32,000 nucleotides of DNA from an uncultured Nitrososphaerota archaeon (GTDB lineage: Archaea; Korarchaeota; Korarchaeia; Korarchaeales; Korarchaeaceae): contig CAYZRF010000005.1 in assembly GCA_964480775.1 (NCBI GenBank), positions 30,001-62,000 of the forward strand. The letters are read 5' to 3'. A program made the position numbers and the translations under genes. The notes under the pieces were generated by a model. The model saw nothing but the letters and a program-made list of their open reading frames with translations. It did no database searches and had not been told where the DNA came from. This document shows positions 1-7,843 of the stretch, one piece after another (within the stretch, counting starts at the first letter, position 1; each line of letters opens with the position of its first letter).

Positions 1-2
1 AA

Positions 3-1097
3 GGATGTCAAGTTTTGGAGGAAAAAGGAAGCCAAATGACTTTATCTCCTGGACAAAGTTCCATGTATGAAGCTACGATTAAGGCCCCAGAGACAGTTCA
101 AGGACTAACTCCAGCTACAATAGCATTCATAATCTATAAGAAGTCTGGAACACCAATAAGATCTAGGCTCTTGGAATTTAACTTAGCAAAAAACGCTAAG
201 CTGGAAATAATCTCAAAAGAAGTAAGCCCAAACCAACTCCACCTTGGTGAAGAAGCCGTTATAACCGTCGAACTCAAGAACACAGGAGAAACCCCCGCTT
301 CAACAGTTGCTATAGCCGAAGAACTTGGCGAAGGTTTCTTGGCGCTAACAGAAGGAAGTCCTAACGCAAGCGTTGCCTCAATGATAGCTGTTGGTAAGGG
401 CTTTCCTATCGCTAGAATAGAACCAGGAGCTACCGTAATATACGGATTTAGAGTGAAAGCCGATTCTTCACCTGGAGGAAATGTGGTCGCCTCGATCACT
501 AAAATAACATACATAGACCCGTTAGGAAATGTCAGAGATGTAGAAAAGGCCATTAATATCACGATAATGAGACCCGATCTGGCTGTTGATCTTAACGTAT
601 CGGATTTTGACATAAGGTGGCACCAAAGTAAACCAATCTTTATTGCCATAACTAACAAAGGAAACTCTGTAGCAAAAGACGTATCTCTTCAGCTCAGGGC
701 AGATAAAGAATTAACAATAGGTGTGGTATCTAAGCCAGAGGGAGCCGAACTCTCCTATGAAAAGGAGTCAAATAGACAGAGAATTGTGATCGAAGAAATA
801 GCTCCTAATGAAACCGTTAGCGTCGTGGTTAGAGTAGAAACAGGATGGTTTTATCTTTCACTCTCAAGGCTGACCTCTCTGTTAGTTTCAGTCGAATACA
901 AGGACGAAAGAAACAAATTTTTCGATGATTACAGGGATACCCAAGCCCTACAGATAACCCTTCTTATGTCGAACTTTGCAAAGGTGTTGTTTGCCGCAAT
1001 CCTTGGAATCGTAGTAGCCATAATAATCATCAGAATTAGGGCGACAATGGCTGCTAGACCTAAAAGAAAGTTCAAGAGGTCGAGAGGACTTGGTTAG
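3..1097 (+). CDS. Surface-exposed repeat protein, 5'-partial (CARDB/DUF11-like beta-sandwich repeats, C-terminal TM anchor)
   Basis: The frame is open from nt 3, with no stop upstream of the listed TTG at 15, so the gene is cut by the window edge. Repeat signatures include EEAVITVELKNTGETPASTVAI and KPIFIAITNKGNSVAKDVSL. The C-terminus is a hydrophobic helix (FAKVLFAAILGIVVAIIIIRI) followed by a basic tail (RPKRKFKRSRGLG). Confidence 0.7.
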   Translation, partial: GCQVLEEKGSQMTLSPGQSSMYEATIKAPETVQGLTPATIAFIIYKKSGTPIRSRLLEFNLAKNAKLEIISKEVSPNQLHLGEEAVITVELKNTGETPASTVAIAEELGEGFLALTEGSPNASVASMIAVGKGFPIARIEPGATVIYGFRVKADSSPGGNVVASITKITYIDPLGNVRDVEKAINITIMRPDLAVDLNVSDFDIRWHQSKPIFIAITNKGNSVAKDVSLQLRADKELTIGVVSKPEGAELSYEKESNRQRIVIEEIAPNETVSVVVRVETGWFYLSLSRLTSLLVSVEYKDERNKFFDDYRDTQALQITLLMSNFAKVLFAAILGIVVAIIIIRIRATMAARPKRKFKRSRGLG

Positions 1098-1920
1098 GAG
1101 AGATTTGATAGCCTTAGCTGGTATAATTCTATTGGCTATGTCAATAATAGTTAGTGGCATTTATCTAGGCAAAAATAAGTCAGAAGAATTTGTATTATAC
1201 TGGATATATGACGAATCCATCTCAGACCTAAACAGGTCTGGGGAAGTTGCCATGGCGATGCAGTACATCGGCAGGACTATAAGCATACTATCTCAGGGGA
1301 ACATAGATCCTAGTAAAGGAAACTTCGTACCACTCATGTTATCAAACCTTAGCGCAGAGGAAAGGTCCTCGAACTCTTCTTATCTGGTGCTGATGAGAAA
1401 AGAATCGGGTGGGCCAGAAATTCTCTTGTTTCGAGAAAACTCCACTATAATGATTAAAGGAAGCAATTCTAGCGATTTTTATGCCGCAATAGGCAGGCTA
1501 ATCTTGGCAATGTGGGGAGACTACCTACTTGAGGTTCCTCAGCCAGGAAAGGGAATAGATGTAATACTAGTTGTAGATCCAATAACGGGAGATAAGGCTT
1601 ATGCCAGGTGTTGGCCCCCCAACCTTTCCGAACAGAGAGCAATGAGTGTAGAAATAACTTATCCCGATGGTAGTCCTGCTGATTTAGAATTAATTCCTAG
1701 CATATTATTGAATGGATACTACATCGGAGCTAAGAAAGAAGTGGCGGGCCCGGCGGGACTTGAACCCGCGACCTACGGCTTAGAAGGCCGTCGCTCTATC
1801 CAAACTGAGCTACGGGCCCGATTCTTGGATTTGCAGAACTCGGCACCTAATACTGTAGGATTTTGCTTATATAAAGCCTTTAGTGAAGAATGGGTTGTAT
1901 GGACAAGGGTGATGATTTGA
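1090..1920 (+). CDS. Hypothetical signal-anchored, N-x-S/T-rich extracellular protein; 3' end uncertain because the frame runs antisense through tRNA-Arg
   Basis: A TTG start overlaps the upstream stop by 8 nt. The N-terminus has RR followed by a 20-residue hydrophobic helix (LIALAGIILLAMSIIVSGIYL). Several sequons are present (NKS, NRS, NLS, NSS, NST). There is no in-frame stop until 1920, so the last ~60 codons are antisense to the tRNA and the next promoter. Confidence 0.5.
   Translation: MVRRDLIALAGIILLAMSIIVSGIYLGKNKSEEFVLYWIYDESISDLNRSGEVAMAMQYIGRTISILSQGNIDPSKGNFVPLMLSNLSAEERSSNSSYLVLMRKESGGPEILLFRENSTIMIKGSNSSDFYAAIGRLILAMWGDYLLEVPQPGKGIDVILVVDPITGDKAYARCWPPNLSEQRAMSVEITYPDGSPADLELIPSILLNGYYIGAKKEVAGPAGLEPATYGLEGRRSIQTELRARFLDLQNSAPNTVGFCLYKAFSEEWVVWTRVMI
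1731..1741 (-). terminator. Pyrimidine/T-rich tract directly 3' of tRNA-Arg
   Basis: The minus strand reads C-TTCTTTCTTA immediately after the encoded CCA. Archaeal termination typically uses T-rich tracts. Confidence 0.3.
1742..1819 (-). tRNA. tRNA-Arg (anticodon UCU), 78 nt, CCA encoded
   Basis: The reverse complement folds by hand into a perfect cloverleaf. Acceptor GGGCCCG/CGGGCCC; D stem GCUC/GAGC; anticodon stem ACGGC/GCCGU with loop CUUCUAA; variable loop AGGUC; T stem GCGGG/CCCGC with loop UUCAAGU; discriminator G; CCA. Confidence 0.95.
1867..1874. promoter_or_regulatory. Palindromic TATA box TTATATAA between tRNA-Arg and the 713-aa surface-protein gene
   Basis: It lies 16-25 nt upstream of the ATGs at 1890 and 1899, which fits a leaderless or near-leaderless transcript. 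It is also ~50 nt upstream of the tRNA 5' end on the other strand. Confidence 0.4.
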
Positions 1921-4031
1921 ACTCAAAAATTTCCATTCTTTTAGCATTTGTTTTGTTTCTTTCATGGATAAACCCTTCTATGACAATTTCATCCCCAGAT
2001 CAAGTCCTTTATGAATGGAGGGGGATATACATCCCTAACAACTCACGCTTTGATGTTGGACCTTATGAGCTTGAGGCTAAAACAACCGAGGAGGGATCCT
2101 TTACTCTTAAGATATGGCTCGGATACACCATCGTTGGCATGATATCTAAGGCAATTGGAGAGCAGAGGCAAGTTTTGTATAAAACAATTAAGGAAAATGG
2201 CCAACAAGTCTTTAGAGTTGCTCTCTTCCTTAATAGATCAAATCCTGAAAAGCTGTATGTAGAGATATATGATTGCGTTTTCTCTCCACCAGGCGGTTTG
2301 GAAATACAAATTTCCCCCTCTGGAACTTTAGAATTTGAAGAAGGATCGCAGCAAATAGTTGTGAACGTAACTGTTATCAACACTGGCACGACAACATCAC
2401 AACAATCGTACCTGACTTGTAATATGGCAAAGGTGGAGGGCAACGGAACCTACAATCTGCTTTACGTAACGGGGATACCTTCTAATCCAAAGAACATAAC
2501 AGTCTCTCCCATTCCAAAGGGAGAGAATACAACTTTTGAATATCATTTCTTCTTCGATCCTGGTGGAAATAGATACGGAAAGTTTGTCGTTAATTTTGCG
2601 CTTAATTACTATATGAACTTCAAATACAATGAGACAGAAAGCTCTAGCACGCTCAAAGTTTATGATTATTATCCAGAGGGATATAAGGTCACTGAAACAG
2701 CAGAACTCACCGTAAAAATTGGAGAAAAGTTCAAATTAGCTGGTAATCCAGATCTACGAATTACTCTGGCTAAAAACGCGACACTAGTTTATCCGAGAGG
2801 AAGCGTTGAGTTCAGATTCTCAGTGAGGAACGAAGGGAATGGAAGTGCATATGGCGTAAAAATTTGGGTAAAGGTTGATCCACCATCTGAGATCCAATTT
2901 TTAGCTCCAAGCCAGCTTGGAAGAATCTTAAGCGGATCGCTAACTGAACCAATAACGTTAGTTCAGAAGTTTCAGAACGGTACCGTAGTTGAATATCCCT
3001 TGCCTCCGAATGGTTATACACAGGATGTTGTCTTTGTGGTGAAAGTACCAGACTATCCTATAGTAGGTAATGCAGCGTATAAAGTCACCATATCAGTTGA
3101 GTGGGATGACTTGGCTGGAAGACACTTTAACAGGACGGCTGAAGAAGGCTTTACTGTGATAGAACCAGGTAGAACTGAGCTGATTGTGACAAAGGAGGTT
3201 ACTCCCCTTGTTGTACCGGTAAACGGCACTTTGAGTGTGACGATAACTATAAGAAACGATGGAGAGGAGGCAGCGAGAAACATAGAAATCTCAGATATAT
3301 ACCCAGAACAGTTCTTCGAGCTTGTCAGCGGAGAAACTACTTTCTCAAGGTCAATTCTAAGAGCAGGAGAAACGGTAACATTTTCATACATATTAAGGGC
3401 TAAGATGGAGGGAAGAGCCCCTATTGACAGAGCAATAGTCGAGTACATTGATGAGACGGGCTCTCCAAGACATACACAAAGCAACCCAGGAGGAGTGGTT
3501 AACATAGTTATGCCATCCATAAAATATGAGATTAAGGACAGGCCTGAGCCATATGAGATCGTAGGATCCTACGTAGTGTACAGAGTTTCAGTAAGAAATG
3601 AGGGTAGTGGCGTAGCCAGAAACATAGAGATAATAGTGAAGTTACCTGATACGTTAATGATCGTCTCGGTGGGAGAGGGCTGTGACATAGAGGAAACATC
3701 AAACATAGTAAAGTTCAAGGTTTCGGAATTACCTCCTAACGAGGAGAAAGAACTCTACCTAGAGTTAAGACCTTTGACTACTGGTAGATATAACATAACT
3801 GTGACGGGAGCAACGTATTACTCACCAGACGGGGGCACGAAATACACATTTTCCATTCCCGAGGTAGAGTTCAGGGCAATGAAACCTTTGGCTGTGAGAG
3901 TAATGCTTACGGTTGTTCTTGTAGCGACCGTAGTAATAGTGGCTGTTCTCGTTGTTGCCATTACTGTGGGAATAAGAATAGGAAAGCCCAAACCCAGTAT
4001 TAGAAGGCTGGGACGCAAGGGTTTCAGGTGA
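1890..4031 (+). CDS. Large surface protein: signal peptide, multiple CARDB/DUF11-like domains, C-terminal TM anchor
   Basis: Signal-like N-terminus KISILLAFVLFLSWINPSMTISS. Repeats include GSVEFRFSVRNEGNGSAYGVKIWV, GTLSVTITIRNDGEEAARNIEISDIYP and SYVVYRVSVRNEGSGVARNIEIIV. There are 13 N-x-S/T sequons. The C-terminal helix is VMLTVVLVATVVIVAVLVVAITVGI, followed by KPKPSIRRLGRKGFR. ATG 1899 is an alternative start. Confidence 0.8.
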   Translation: MGCMDKGDDLNSKISILLAFVLFLSWINPSMTISSPDQVLYEWRGIYIPNNSRFDVGPYELEAKTTEEGSFTLKIWLGYTIVGMISKAIGEQRQVLYKTIKENGQQVFRVALFLNRSNPEKLYVEIYDCVFSPPGGLEIQISPSGTLEFEEGSQQIVVNVTVINTGTTTSQQSYLTCNMAKVEGNGTYNLLYVTGIPSNPKNITVSPIPKGENTTFEYHFFFDPGGNRYGKFVVNFALNYYMNFKYNETESSSTLKVYDYYPEGYKVTETAELTVKIGEKFKLAGNPDLRITLAKNATLVYPRGSVEFRFSVRNEGNGSAYGVKIWVKVDPPSEIQFLAPSQLGRILSGSLTEPITLVQKFQNGTVVEYPLPPNGYTQDVVFVVKVPDYPIVGNAAYKVTISVEWDDLAGRHFNRTAEEGFTVIEPGRTELIVTKEVTPLVVPVNGTLSVTITIRNDGEEAARNIEISDIYPEQFFELVSGETTFSRSILRAGETVTFSYILRAKMEGRAPIDRAIVEYIDETGSPRHTQSNPGGVVNIVMPSIKYEIKDRPEPYEIVGSYVVYRVSVRNEGSGVARNIEIIVKLPDTLMIVSVGEGCDIEETSNIVKFKVSELPPNEEKELYLELRPLTTGRYNITVTGATYYSPDGGTKYTFSIPEVEFRAMKPLAVRVMLTVVLVATVVIVAVLVVAITVGIRIGKPKPSIRRLGRKGFR

Positions 4032-4036
4032 TCGAT

Positions 4037-4048
4037 AAAGATTTAATA
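4037..4048 (+). promoter_or_regulatory. TATA-like element AAAGATTTAATA upstream of rpl12
   Basis: An AT-rich box lies ~35-45 nt upstream of ATG 4082. A GGTGGT Shine-Dalgarno sequence sits at 4073-4078. Confidence 0.3.
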
Positions 4049-4081
4049 GTCGGAGGAATTTGAAGTAGAGACGGTGGTATT

Positions 4082-4396
4082 ATGGGGCTAGAATACATAT
4101 ACGCTGCCCTCTTGCTTCACGAGCTCAACAAGCCGGTGGAAGAAGAGACAATTAAAAAGGTATTAGAGGCAGCTGGGGCCACGCCAGATCCAGCAAGAGC
4201 TAAGGTTCTGGTTGAAAGCCTTTCGGAAGTGAACATTGAGGAAGTATTAAAGCAAGCAGTTGCAGCTCCTGTAGCGGCCGCACCAGCGCCTGCAGCAAAG
4301 GCAGAGGAAGAGAAACCCAAGGAAGAAAAGAAGAAAGAGGAGAAGAAAGAAGAAGAGGAGGCAGCCCTGGCTGGGCTCAGCGCTCTCTTTGGATAA
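4082..4396 (+). CDS. rpl12: 50S ribosomal stalk protein P1 (L12e/aL12)
   Basis: [14 protein letters not shown]... N-terminal domain, an Ala/Pro hinge, a Lys/Glu-rich tail and the conserved C-terminus [14 protein letters not shown]. Confidence 0.92.
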   Translation: MGLEYIYAALLLHELNKPVEEETIKKVLEAAGATPDPARAKVLVESLSEVNIEEVLKQAVAAPVAAAPAPAAKAEEEKPKEEKKKEEKKEEEEAALAGLSALFG

Positions 4397-4441
4397 GAGA
4401 GGGGCTCCCCTATGGGGGAAATTAAAAGAAAGCCCCTCTCT
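4396..4441 (+). promoter_or_regulatory. Nested stem-loop enclosing the alaS Shine-Dalgarno sequence and start codon
   Basis: A perfect 11-bp inverted repeat, AGAGAGGGGCT (4396-4406) and AGCCCCTCTCT (4431-4441). An inner hairpin CCCC-TAT-GGGG (4407-4417) contains ATG 4412-4414. Confidence 0.5.
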
Positions 4442-7174
4442 CTAGAGTTTTTCAAGGAGAGAGGGTTTGTCAGAAAGAAATGTCCTGTTTGCGGCGAATA
4501 CTTCTGGACTCTAGATCCTGAGAGAGAACTTTGTGGAGAGGCTCCTTGCGAACCATATTCTTTCATAGGAAAGGGTCTCACTAGAAAATTCTCTATTAAT
4601 GAAGGGAGAGAAGCTTTTCTCTCATTCATGGAAAGAAGAGGACACACGAGAGTGCACAGGTACCCAGTGCTGGCAAAATGGAGAGACGACCTATTTCTAA
4701 CTAGCGCCTCGATAGTAGATTTCCAGCCTTATGTTACAGCAGGACTTGTACCTCCGCCAGCAAATCCTCTAACGATCTCTCAGCCCTGCATAAGGCTGAA
4801 GGATATGGATAAAGTGGGACCGACTATGGGTAGACATCTCACAATATTCGAGATGATGGCCCATCATGCATTCAACACCCCAAAGCAGAAAATATACTGG
4901 ATAAACAGAACAGTGGAACTCTTTCATGAATATGCTACAGAAGTTCTAGGAGTAAAAGACGAGGAAATTACCTATAAAGAAGGTTTCTGGGAAGGAGGAG
5001 GAAACGCTGGGCCCGACTTAGAACCTATGATAGCTGGATTAGAGGTAGCCACCCTCGTCTTCATGAACCTCAAAGAAACGCCTTCTGGCTATGTGGAGAT
5101 GGAGAATAAGATAGTTGATACGGGGTACGGGCTGGAAAGAATAGTCTGGCTCTCTCAAGGTACACCTTCAGCATTTGAGGCCGTATATGAGGGACTCGTT
5201 GACGTTTTCTTGAACCGTCTTGGAGTAAGAAAGCCAGATAGAAGACTCTTGGAGGACTACTCCAAACTCTCATCTCTCATGATTGGAATAGAGAAAGGCC
5301 TTAGGAGAGAGGAAATAAGGAAGAAAATAGCAAGAAAGCTGGATATGGATATCTTTGACCTAGAAAAAGAAATGTCTGGCTTGGAAAAGGTTTTTGCTGT
5401 TTTGGATCACACAAAAGCGATAACGTTTATGCTTGCTGATGGGGCTGTCCCTTCCAATGTCCAAGAAGGTTACTTATGCAGACTTCTCATAAGAAGAAGT
5501 CTGAGGATTTTATCATCCTTAGGAGTTGAGATTCCCCTCTCTGAGCTAGTTGCATATCAGGTTGATCATTGGGGAAGAAGTTTCCCCGAACTCCTAGAGG
5601 CAAGAGAAAGGATTCTTGAAATAGTCGACCTAGAGGAGAATAGATACCATAAGACGATAGAAAAAGGAATCTCTCTCATATCAAGGATGGCTAAGAAATT
5701 GAAGAAAGAGAAAAAAGGCAAGATATCTTCTGAGACTTTGATAGAATTATATGACTCTCATGGCATACCTCCTGAAATAGTTTCTAAGGTTTCTGCTGAT
5801 TTTGGCATCTCTGTAGAGATCCCTGAGAACTTCTACGAGATGGTGGCAGCACGACATGAAAGTGCGCAGCCAAAACCACCTGAAATATCGCCTTATGTAG
5901 ACAAAGTAGATACTTATCCTAAAACGGAATTCCTTTATTATGAGGAGCCATACAGGCTGGAGTTTAAGGCTAAAGTGCTTGGAGTAGTTGACGATGCAGT
6001 TATCCTAGATAAAACAGCGTTCTATCCTGAAGGAGGAGGTCAGCCATCTGATATTGGTCACCTAATTGTAAATGGTGAAAAGTACGAAGTTACCTTCGTA
6101 GAAAAAGTGAAGGATAGGATACTCCACCACATAAGAAACCTTAATCCAACCTCGCTTAAACCAGGAGTTATAGTTGTAGGAACCATACAGAAAGAGAGGA
6201 GGCTATCACTTATGAGACACCACACAGCAACACACGTAATCTTAGCATCAGCTAAGCGAGTTCTGGGAGACCATGTATGGCAATGGGGTGCTCAAAAAGG
6301 AGAAGAGGAGAGCAGGCTTGACATAAGTCACTACAAGTCTATATCGAGAGAGGAGCTTAGGAGAATTGAACAAATTGCAAACGACGCTGTAATGAAGAAT
6401 ATGGAAGTAAAGACTTTCTGGCTCCCTAGGCATGAAGCTGAGCGTAGATATGGCTTTGTTATATATCAAGGAGGCTTAGTTCCTGGTACAACTATAAGAA
6501 TCGTTGAGATAGATGATTTTAATGTTCAAGCGTGTGGAGGAACCCATGTTCAAAGAACGGGTGAGATAGGCCCAATAAAAATCTGGAGATCGAAGAGGAT
6601 ACAAGATGGCGTTGTTAGGTTGGAGTTCAGTGCTGGTGCGTCTGCTGTAAAGAAGCTGCTTCTCTACTATGACGAACTAAGAGAACTCTCAGAAATCTTT
6701 GCAAAACCGCCTGATCAAGTTGTGGAGGCTGTGAAAGAGGTAATAGACGAAGTTAAAGCCCTTAGGAAGGAGCTTGAAGCAGAGAGGATGGCTAGACTAA
6801 GAACAGATCTAGATAGCGCTCTCTCAAGCGCGGAAAAGGTAAAAGGAATCAGGATAGCTTGGGTTCTCACAAAGATTAGCGACCAAGATACGATAGTAAA
6901 GGCACTTGATGAGGTCATCAAAACAAGAGAAGAAAGCGTAATTCTTGTAGTATCATCTGGTGCTAAGAGAGTGGTATCTTTGATGATTGGAGAAAAGGCC
7001 ATTAATGCTGGAGTACACGCTGGCAACATCTTGAGGAAAGTGGTTAAGGAACTTGGAGGCGGAGGCGGTGGATCACCAAAGCTAGGGAGAGGATCAGTCC
7101 CTCCATCAATCGAGCCAGAAGAGGTAATAAAAAGGATAATAAGAGAAGTGAGGGAAGCTTTAGGTGCAGGTTAA
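4412..7174 (+). CDS. alaS: Alanine--tRNA ligase
   Basis: A 920-aa archaeal AlaRS. It has the N-terminal zinc motif KKCPVCGEYFW, a class II core, the editing-domain motif HTATHV...CGGTHV and a C-terminal DHHA1-like GGGGGS region. Confidence 0.97.
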   Translation: MGEIKRKPLSLEFFKERGFVRKKCPVCGEYFWTLDPERELCGEAPCEPYSFIGKGLTRKFSINEGREAFLSFMERRGHTRVHRYPVLAKWRDDLFLTSASIVDFQPYVTAGLVPPPANPLTISQPCIRLKDMDKVGPTMGRHLTIFEMMAHHAFNTPKQKIYWINRTVELFHEYATEVLGVKDEEITYKEGFWEGGGNAGPDLEPMIAGLEVATLVFMNLKETPSGYVEMENKIVDTGYGLERIVWLSQGTPSAFEAVYEGLVDVFLNRLGVRKPDRRLLEDYSKLSSLMIGIEKGLRREEIRKKIARKLDMDIFDLEKEMSGLEKVFAVLDHTKAITFMLADGAVPSNVQEGYLCRLLIRRSLRILSSLGVEIPLSELVAYQVDHWGRSFPELLEARERILEIVDLEENRYHKTIEKGISLISRMAKKLKKEKKGKISSETLIELYDSHGIPPEIVSKVSADFGISVEIPENFYEMVAARHESAQPKPPEISPYVDKVDTYPKTEFLYYEEPYRLEFKAKVLGVVDDAVILDKTAFYPEGGGQPSDIGHLIVNGEKYEVTFVEKVKDRILHHIRNLNPTSLKPGVIVVGTIQKERRLSLMRHHTATHVILASAKRVLGDHVWQWGAQKGEEESRLDISHYKSISREELRRIEQIANDAVMKNMEVKTFWLPRHEAERRYGFVIYQGGLVPGTTIRIVEIDDFNVQACGGTHVQRTGEIGPIKIWRSKRIQDGVVRLEFSAGASAVKKLLLYYDELRELSEIFAKPPDQVVEAVKEVIDEVKALRKELEAERMARLRTDLDSALSSAEKVKGIRIAWVLTKISDQDTIVKALDEVIKTREESVILVVSSGAKRVVSLMIGEKAINAGVHAGNILRKVVKELGGGGGGSPKLGRGSVPPSIEPEEVIKRIIREVREALGAG

Positions 7175-7826
7175 GATTATCCTCTTAGCAGCAAGGGAGT
7201 TAGCGGCTTTAGCCTACTCTGGATATCCCGAAAGACCTTCCTTCTCTCTTGTATCTGCAAAATACTCACTTTCAGATAAAGATCTTTTTGCCCTTAAGAA
7301 GGTGGTGAGGTGGCCAGAAGAAGCCATTTCTAGCTCGATAAAAAGGATTCCTCCAGAGATGGCTAAAGGAAAGGAAATAAGAGTTGATGGCTACAACGTG
7401 TTAGGGACGATTCAAGCATTTATCGAAAAAGAACCAATTTTTCTCTCCAATGATGGATTCGTAAGAGATATTACTTCCGCGTATAAGTCCTTTCATCAAA
7501 GAAAAATCAGTGATAAAGCAATAGAACTTCTCTTAAGAGAAATAGAGAAGATAAAGCCGAGAGAAGTTCTTATACTCTTTGATCAGCCGATAAGTAAGAG
7601 CGGCCAACTGTCATATAGGGTAAGAAAAATGCTCTCCTCGACAAACCTCAACGGAGATGCAAGAACTGAAAGAACTGTTGATACTGAAGTTTCTAATGGA
7701 GAAATAGCAGCAAGTAGTGATGTTGCCGTCATAAAAAGAGCAAAAGCCGTTATTGATCTACCAAGTCTTGTAGGGATGAGTCTGGAAGTAAGACCCTTGA
7801 GGTTTTGGAAAGATTATGAGTTTTAG
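7164..7826 (+). CDS. DUF434 plus YacP-like NYN/PIN-type nuclease-domain protein
   Basis: A GTG start overlaps the alaS stop by 11 nt. The C-terminal half shows the NYN acidic pattern IRVDGYNV ... LILFDQP ... DTEVS ... AASSDVAV. Confidence 0.7.
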   Translation: MQVKIILLAARELAALAYSGYPERPSFSLVSAKYSLSDKDLFALKKVVRWPEEAISSSIKRIPPEMAKGKEIRVDGYNVLGTIQAFIEKEPIFLSNDGFVRDITSAYKSFHQRKISDKAIELLLREIEKIKPREVLILFDQPISKSGQLSYRVRKMLSSTNLNGDARTERTVDTEVSNGEIAASSDVAVIKRAKAVIDLPSLVGMSLEVRPLRFWKDYEF

Positions 7827-7843
7827 GATCACACACTTGACCT

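Noticed and set aside
134-658. Antisense ORFs listed in the track: 134-658, 948-1160, 2063-2443, 2812-3021, 3053-3520, 3818-4018, 4117-4647, 5070-5273, 6248-6469, 6715-7029, 7750-7962, 9180-9395, 9619-9855, 10271-10519, 12253-12486, 12871-13074, 12996-13223, 14303-14491, 15129-15332, 15821-16162, 16187-16444, 20571-20774, 20839-21030, 21140-21529, 21423-21614, 22151-22537, 22541-22819, 24035-24382, 24246-24434, 24493-24732, 25753-25950, 25773-26045, 26900-27250, 27648-27890, 28450-28746, 28851-29033, 29995-30246, 30739-30957.
   Set aside because: Each lies opposite or out of frame within a longer ORF that has clear family motifs. Their translations are Ser/Leu/Pro/Phe-rich low-complexity sequences typical of shadow ORFs opposite purine-rich coding strands. 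None shows a recognisable motif.
1742-1819. The tRNA-Arg gene as an attachment site of an integrated element.
   Set aside because: The window has no integrase or recombinase gene and no visible duplicated copy of the tRNA 3' half. The flanking genes look like ordinary envelope and housekeeping genes.
4290-4375. GAAGAA/AAGAAG purine repeat that looks like a tandem repeat.
   Set aside because: It encodes the normal Lys/Glu-rich flexible tail of stalk protein P1.
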